Of a DNA stretch of 16,367 nucleotides, positions 9,873-16,367 are shown piece after piece. The stretch comes from Octopus sinensis (Eukaryota). Position numbers and translations under genes: made by a program. The stretch lies in assembly GCF_006345805.1 (NCBI RefSeq), contig NW_021825203.1, positions 1-16,367 on the forward strand, written 5' to 3'. The notes below the pieces were generated by a model that made no database searches, was not told the origin of the DNA, and saw only the letters and a list, made by a program, of their open reading frames with translations. Every line of letters begins with the position of its first letter. Within the stretch, counting starts at the first letter, position 1.

Positions 9873-10254
9873 TAAGAAAAAAGAAAAAAGAAAAAAGAAA
9901 GTGACAAATTCAATGAGAATAACACAATATATTATATTTACTGCTGGCAAATATATATCAACAATATTGTTCACATGATAAAATATTTAACAGCCTTCAA
10001 TGCGCAGAACTGAAAAATAAAGTCGAAATCTAATAATTTATAATCATATTAAATTGTAGAAACCTTGTTATGTGAAACAATCCTTACAACATACGTCTGG
10101 ATATGTCGTTATGAATTACATGTTACATATATTTATGTTTTTTGCTTTCAAGGAATTTGCAAACTACACGATCTACAAGATAAAATATGTTATCATAAAA
10201 TGTAATAGAACGTTATATTATTATATAACTCTGTGCACGTAGATGTGTGTAGTT

Positions 10255-10286
10255 GTGTATATATATATGCACCGGTGTATGTATGT

Positions 10287-10341
<55 letters not shown>

Positions 10342-10435
10342 AATAGTGTGTGTACATATATCTGTCTGCGTGTGTACACATAACATATATGCACATATAC
10401 ACACAGACACACACATATGGACACATATACATACA
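10255..10435. repeat. Compound (TA)n/(CA)n microsatellite
   Basis: Directly visible. Confidence 0.9.
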
Positions 10436-10595
10436 ATATCCTCATATGAATATAATAAATATTTGGGTTACATTACTTTAAATGTTCTTGTCTCGGTACG
10501 CCTTTACTCCTCAAAAATGCTATATCTAATATGCATGGCTGTCTAAATTATTAGGATACGAGATAACGATGAACGACAGAAGCATTATAGTATAA

Positions 10596-10815
10596 ATACT
10601 GACGAACACTCGAAAAATACAGCAGAAACATCCGTCGCGATCCCACATCAGATATTTTAACGAATCAGAGACTCGCACTCTGGGAGCAGTTTTGATTGTT
10701 TTTGTTTTTCTGTAGCGTCCACTGTTATTTGTCATCGAAGCCGTGGCGATGCCATCGTATTTCATACTCTTTCCCGTTCAGCAGCTGATAGCCATTTTTG
10801 TCCTAGCATATGCAT
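10596..10815 (+). pseudogene. Possible class-A GPCR ICL3-TM6-TM7 remnant, or alternatively a 100-nt exon at 10716-10815
   Basis: One frame reads ILTNTRKIQQKHPSRSHIRYFNESETRTLGAVLIVFVFL*RPLLFVIEAVAMPSYFILFPVQQLIAIFVLAYA. TLGxxxxVFVxx*xP is in register with the TM6 consensus TLGxxxGVFxxCWxP, with TAG at 10713-10715. That TAG also ends a good polypyrimidine tract, and GTATGT follows at 10816. Confidence 0.3.
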
Positions 10816-10824
10816 GTATGTATT

Positions 10825-10994
10825 CGTGTGATTGTGGTTTTTCCCCCCTACTGTAACTTAGAGGTTCGGCAAATGGAACCGATAGAATAAGTACTAGGCC
10901 TGCAAAGAATAAGTCCTGGGGTCGATTAGTTCGACTAAAGGTGGCGCTCCAGCATGGCCGCAATCAAATGACTGAATCAAAGGAGTAAAGGAGT
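10825..10994 (+). mobile_element. SINE family A, 3' half only
   Basis: GTAACTTAGAGGTTCGGCAAA...GATAGAATAAGTACTAGG...GCTCCAGCATGGCCGCAATCAAATGACTGAA...GGAGTAAAGGAGT. Confidence 0.9.
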
Positions 10995-10995
10995 T

Positions 10996-11026
<31 letters not shown>

Positions 11027-11400
11027 GGCGCAGGAGTGGCTGTGTGGTAAGTAGCTTGCTTACCGACCACATGGTTCCGGGTTCAGTTCCACTGCGTGAC
11101 ACCTTGGGCAAGTATCTTCTACTATAGCCTCGGGCCGACCAAAGCCTTGTGAGTGGATTTGGTAGATGAGAACTGAAAGAAATGTATGTGTGTCTGTGTT
11201 TGTCCCTCTAGCATTGCTTGACAACCGATGCTGGTGTGTTTATGTCCCCGTCACTTAGCGGTTCGGCAAAAAGATACGATAAGCTAAGTACTGGGCTTAC
11301 AAAGAATAAGTCTCGGGGTCGTGTTTCTCGATTAAACGCGGTACACCAGCATGACCGCAGTCAAAATGACTGAAACAAGTAAAAAGAGAAAAAGAGAGAG
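11027..11400 (+). mobile_element. SINE family A, full length, almost without the internal microsatellite spacer
   Basis: GGCGCAGGAGTGGCTGTGTGG head; AACTGAAAGAAATGTATGTGTGTCTGTG junction; tail ACAAGTAAAAAGAGAAAAAGAG. Confidence 0.95.
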
Positions 11401-11613
11401 AAAATATATATATATATATATAAATAAATATAAATAAAATGTTTATTATTGCAATTGAATAGAAAAGGGTAAATAGGCTTTTTTCCTGTTTTTTTATTTC
11501 AGCAATCTTCCTTTGGGACTTTTCGAAAAATTTATCTTAATTTCCAAAATAATTCACACATGCCAAAAATATGAATAAAAAAAAAAGCAATTAATGAGTA
11601 AATTTCATTATCT

Positions 11614-12103
<490 letters not shown>

Positions 12104-12239
12104 ACTAAAAAAAATCCTGAGCTCTGTGAATGTAGCGAATGAAGTTGTTGAGAGCTTCATGCCTTTCCATATCATATCAGTTAAGTCACAGGTCAGGGCT
12201 TTTCAACCATGAACATTTCAACTTTATAGGCGTAGTCTA

Positions 12240-12337
12240 TCTTGGACTATATTATCAAATGTGTCCTTTAGAGTTGCTTTAATATGCCAGAGTGTAATTT
12301 GAGGGAGATGAAGGAGATAATTCTAAGAGGTCGAGTG
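12240..12337 (-). repeat. Second fragment of the unclassified dispersed repeat seen at 7806
   Basis: GTGTAATTTGAGGGAGATGAAGGAGATAATTCTAAGAGGTCGAGTG (12292-12337) reverse-complements to CACTCGACCTCTTAGAATT...ATCTCCCTCAAATTACAC. The extension to 12240 is inferred. Confidence 0.45.
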
Positions 12338-12449
12338 GCCCCTTTTAATTAGAAGTTTTAATTGGTTGTCATTAGTATAAGTTGTGGTATTGGTTTCATG
12401 TGAAAGTAACTTTCACAGCAAACGTGTATTCACATGAAGCACACATGTA

Positions 12450-12460
12450 AACACACACAC

Positions 12461-12510
<50 letters not shown>

Positions 12511-12835
12511 ACACTGACAGGCACATACACACAGGCATACAAACGCACACACGTACACTGACACACACACAGAGATACGTACACTGACACGCAAAACCAG
12601 ACACGTACACTAACACGCACATGCACATACACACACGCACACATACACACACGCACACAAACGCACACACGTACACTGACAATCACAGACACGTACACTG
12701 ACACGCACATTTACACACGCACACACGCACACTCAGACACACGTACACTGACACACACACGCGTACACTGGCACGCACATACACACACACACACACAAAC
12801 AGACGCACACACAAACACACTCATACATTGACACA
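12450..12835. repeat. CA-rich minisatellite containing 8 copies of CGTACACT(G/A)
   Basis: Motif starts at 12508, 12552, 12578, 12604, 12670, 12692, 12742 and 12762, embedded in (CA)n/(CGCA) repeats. Confidence 0.9.
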
Positions 12836-12855
12836 TATATGTGTATCCAGCAATC

Positions 12856-13020
12856 TGGCCATGCTGGAGCAAATCAAGCAAATCGACCCCAGCCTAGTAC
12901 TTATTCTATCGGTCTGTTTTGCTAAGTTACGGGGACGTAAACACACCAGCATCGGTTGTCAAGCGATGTTGGGGGGACAAACACAGACAAACATATACAC
13001 ACACATGCAAGAAGCCTGTC

Positions 13021-13056
<36 letters not shown>

Positions 13057-13215
13057 GACAGGTTTCTTGCAGTTTCCATCTACCAAATCCACAAGGCTTT
13101 GGTCGGTCCGGGGCTATAGTAGAAGACACTTGCCTAAGGTGTCACGCAGTGGGACTGAACCCGGAACCATGTGGTTGGTAAGCAAGCTACTTACCACACA
13201 GCCACTCCCGTGCCT
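12856..13215 (-). mobile_element. SINE family A, reverse strand, several small deletions, tail missing, with an internal inverted duplication
   Basis: Head ends at CACACAGCCACTCCCGTGCCT (13215); 3' module TGGCCATGCTGGAGC...CTAGTACTTATTCTATCGG; palindrome at 13006-13071. Confidence 0.93.
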
Positions 13216-13314
13216 ATAAATAAATACATAAATAAATATATAATGTTACACACACACACACACCACCACACACACATATAGGAGTGTATAAATAAGTAAA
13301 TATATAAATAATTT

Positions 13315-13697
13315 CACAACAACAATAACAACACCTGCAAACAAACAAAAGCAACAGTGCCACCATTACTCCTCCCAGAAGAGCATCAGTGACAACAACA
13401 ACAATAACGACGATGACAGCGACAATTACGAAGAGAACGGCAGCGGCAGTAGTAGTAGTAGTAGTAGTAGCAGTCACCACAACACCCAACATCAACAACA
13501 ATAAACAACAGCAAAGATCAACATCATCAACAGCATTAGCAACAATGATAACATCAGCAACGTGGATCCCAAAGACCATCTAAGCTTCATCATCATTATC
13601 GTCATCATCATCCTCATCATCATCGTCATCGTCGTTGTCCTCATCGTCACCACCACCACTACCACCACCATCATCATCATAGTCATCGTCGTCGTCG

Positions 13698-13728
<31 letters not shown>

Positions 13729-14068
13729 TATCATCATCATCGTCGTCATCGTCGTCACCACAAGTACCACACCCTACACACCACCACCACCACCACCACC
13801 ACCACCACCACCACCACCATCATCATAGTCATCATCGTCATCATCACCATCACCATCATCATCATCATCGTCATCGTCATCACCACCACCAGTACAACCC
13901 TCTCGTACATACCACCGCCACCATCACCACCATCACCACCATCATTCATCATCATCACCCTCACCATCGACAACGACGACGACGTCGACATCAACAACAA
14001 CACCAACAACAACTACCATAACAACAACAACAACAGCAGCAACATCGAGAGCAGCAACAACAACAACA
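13315..14068. repeat. Compound trinucleotide array: (CAA), (GTA), (CAT), (CGT), (CAC), (CAG)
   Basis: About 750 bp of blocks of related triplets. It explains the poly-T/I/V/M/P ORFs. Confidence 0.95.
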
Positions 14069-14122
14069 GGCAAGAGAGATGACATAATTCAATATTAATT
14101 CCCTTGAATTAAGTCTCCGCAG

Positions 14123-14192
14123 GATGTGTATGAGAAACTCACCCGTCTGTTCATCTGGCATCTGGCAGGAAGCGCGTACTTCATGGCTCACT
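14123..14192. other. Candidate small exon island with usable splice sites on either strand
   Basis: Plus strand: TCTCCGCAG|14123-14192|GTACGT, reading DVYEKLTRLFIWHLAGSAYFMAH. Minus strand: TACAG|14190-14143|GTGAGT (48 nt), reading xSHEVRASCQMPDEQTG, or GCCATG-initiated MKYALPARCQMNRR. No family recognised. Confidence 0.3.
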
Positions 14193-14194
14193 GT

Positions 14195-14420
14195 ACGTAC
14201 AAACATACACACACACACACACCACACACACACACACACAAACATACATATATACATATACACGCACAAACTACTTAAAAAGCCTCTCAAGAATACAAAC
14301 ACACACACACATATATATATGTATATATAATATATATATATATAAATACATAAATATATATATTATATATATATATATATATATGTATGTATATGTATAT
14401 TTAATATATATAATGTATAG
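14195..14420. repeat. (CA)n and (TA)n microsatellites
   Basis: Directly visible. Confidence 0.9.
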
Positions 14421-14727
14421 TTAAATACATATTAGAAGATAAAGTAGGGAAATTATATCATAAAAATCACAGTAGAGATACGTCTATAATATAAACAACA
14501 TTTTATTAATAAATAAATAAAGTAAAACTATGATCATTTAAAAAGATTTGAGAGATCTTACGATCGTTTCATGAGTATACTACCTTTCGAAATGAAATCC
14601 AAAGTTGATAAACATAATTAGGAAGTATATCTACTCGTCAGAGAAAAGGATGAATTTCAGTGTAGTAAATCGTATGAAAGAGGTGATATTTAAAATCGTA
14701 TGATAAAGGTGTTGTTTAAAACGTTAT

Positions 14728-14777
14728 TGGTATAGACGTAAACTTAAAGAAGCCCGTCGTATATATATATATATATA
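14728..14777 (+). mobile_element. SINE family A middle fragment ending in its (TA)n spacer
   Basis: TGGTATAGACGTAAACTTAAAGAAGCCCGTCGTATATATAT matches TTTGGTAGACGGAAACTGAAAGAAGCCCGTCGTATATAT at about 7000-7040. Confidence 0.8.
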
Positions 14778-15202
14778 CACGTGTAGAATGAAATAAGACG
14801 ATTTCTGTTCAATCTTCGTTCAACTCCATTTCTTCAATTCACCAATAATATTAAAATTCAATTATCCGCACCAACGCACGGTCGCAACACCATATGGTTG
14901 TACCTCCAACCGTGCTGTCTTCTGCTGTGGTTTTTGCTACCAAGGTATCGGTTAAACTTTTGATTAATCTGCAACGAGATTATTCATCTTTCTATTTCAC
15001 ATAATATACATATATATATATATATATATATACAAGATAAGAAATCTTGTATTAGTAATTTGTGGTAAATCATTTTACCTTTGCCCATATAATACAGTAA
15101 ATGAATTGATTGCATCGCAATCATTAACATTTATGTATTAACTTTGTTGGGTACTTATGTTATCCCATAGAGGGTTGCATTTACAACCCCTACCTCAATT
15201 TG

Positions 15203-15273
<71 letters not shown>

Positions 15274-15495
15274 TTGTGTATATATCTATATGTCTCCACC
15301 CACCATCACCATCGCTTGACAACCGATGTTGCTGTGTTTATGTCCCCGTAACTTAGTGGTTCGGCAAAAGAGAACGACAGAATAAGTACTAGGCTTACTA
15401 CGAAGATAAGTCCTGAGGTCGATTTGTTCGACTAAAAGGCGGTGCTCCAGCATGGCCGCAGTCAAACGACTGAAACAAGTAAAAATGTGAAAGAA
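15203..15495 (+). mobile_element. SINE family A, spacer (TA)n(TG)n plus 3' half
   Basis: ATCGCTTGACAACCGATGTTGCTGTGTTTATGTCCCCGTAACTTAG...GGTGCTCCAGCATGGCCGCAGTCAAACGACTGAAACAAGTAAAA. Confidence 0.92.
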
Positions 15496-15996
15496 TATTC
15501 CTATAAAGCGATATATTGACTATTGCTTTTGTGTGAAATACCAGCTCCACAGACATAAATCGAAACGGTTAAAAGGTTTCAAATCTGTGGTGAAATAAAT
15601 ATCGTTTTGTTCCAATTTTTGTAAACTTCAGTTACAGTTAATTTCATAGCTGCTTTAATAAGCCATTTGAAGGCACATAATTGAAAAGTAGGCTCTTTGA
15701 ACAATGTCTGTAGTAATCTAACACATCCGAACATTCATTCAATCCGTTATCGTCTTGAAATAACATCTATGATTTCTCTTCAAAGAAACCTCGCAGATTT
15801 GTTTGATTTGTAGATTTGGAGCAGAAATACTATCTGATTGCAATGGCCTATGGCAAAATTTTGTTTGATTTTGTTAAGCGTTTGAATATGCTGATACAAA
15901 CGAGGTTTAATGCAATTCTTGGGCCGATGTAACTCCTTGGGGGCTTCTTATTTAACACAATATAAACGCTTTTGAAAGCCAAATATCTTTTAAACG

Positions 15997-16327
15997 ATAC
16001 ATACATACATGCATACGTACATACATACATACATACATACTACATACATACATACATACATACATACATACATACGAAGGGGTGTTGAGAAGTTCCTGGC
16101 TTTGGGTTAAAGTAAATACTCGAGGATCAGTTAATTATGATTTTATTCAATATACTCCCCTCTCAGATTCACACTCCTATTGCAGGAGTCCTTCAGATTT
16201 TCTAAGCCCCGAGAAGAAATCAGAAGGTTGGGCCTCCAATTAGGTCTTTCGTGATACCCTAAAAGCTAGGAACTTTTCAGCAGCCCCCTAGTACATACAT
16301 ACATACATACATACATACATGCATACA

Positions 16328-16361
<34 letters not shown>

Positions 16362-16367
16362 CATACA
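15997..16367. repeat. (TACA)n array split by a MITE
   Basis: TACA units at 15997-16074 and from 16292 to the window end. Confidence 0.95.
16075..16291. mobile_element. Mariner-type MITE, 217 bp, with about 30-bp imperfect TIRs and TA target-site duplication
   Basis: Left end TA|CGAAGGGGTGTTGAGAAGTTCCTGGCTTT (16075-16103); right end AAAGCTAGGAACTTTTCAGCAGCCCCCTAG|TA (16262-16291), whose reverse complement is CTAGGGGGCTGCTGAAAAGTTCCTAGCTTT. Ends of the form CGAGGGG...AAAAGTT resemble Hsmar2/irritans-type mariner TIRs. No transposase ORF. Confidence 0.88.

Noticed and set aside
9461-9978. Poly-N/D acidic ORF resembling a biomineralisation or low-complexity protein
   Set aside because: It is the retrotransposon (TAA)n tail plus (GAT)n, starting inside the element's 3' UTR.
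10526-10765. Minus-strand 79-aa ORF with a TM-like segment (MKYDGIA...CFCCIFRVFVSIYTIMLLSFIVISY)
   Set aside because: No recognisable family or convincing splice context. It is kept only as an alternative for the 10.7-kb island.
12508-12770. CRISPR-like repeat-spacer array
   Set aside because: Repeats are only about 9 nt, spacers are low-complexity CA runs of irregular length, the context is eukaryotic and there are no cas genes.
15814-15933. Possible exon DLEQKYYLIAMAYGKILFDFVKRLNMLIQTR after TTTGATTTGTAG
   Set aside because: The donor is weak and there is no recognisable homology; such frames are expected by chance in AT-rich DNA.

Overview
Repeat-saturated, AT-rich eukaryotic (animal) DNA that looks like intron or intergenic sequence. 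The SINE families and the microsatellite load resemble octopus (coleoid cephalopod) DNA; this is recalled similarity, not a database result. No intact protein-coding gene, RNA gene or CRISPR array is supported, and almost all ORFs in the supplied track are translations of microsatellites or SINEs. Supported content: (1) about 11 full or partial copies of one tRNA-derived SINE (family A) with an internal (TA)n(TG)n spacer; (2) two pieces of a second tRNA-derived SINE (family B); (3) two decayed non-LTR retrotransposon remnants carrying a restriction-like endonuclease (RLE) C-terminus, at about 1153-1600 and 8590-9568, the latter R4/Dong-like with a (TAA)n tail and the whole RT domain missing; (4) a 217-bp mariner-type MITE inserted in a (TACA)n array; (5) many di-, tri- and tetranucleotide arrays. 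Three short unique-sequence islands (4.8, 10.7 and 14.1 kb) could be exons or gene remnants but are low confidence. The most interesting observations are a 66-bp palindrome generated inside a SINE, the RT-less RLE element, apparent microsatellite targeting by several element classes, a close inverted SINE pair, and a class-A-GPCR-TM6-like segment with TAG at the conserved Trp position. I found no clear evidence of a wholly new biological system.
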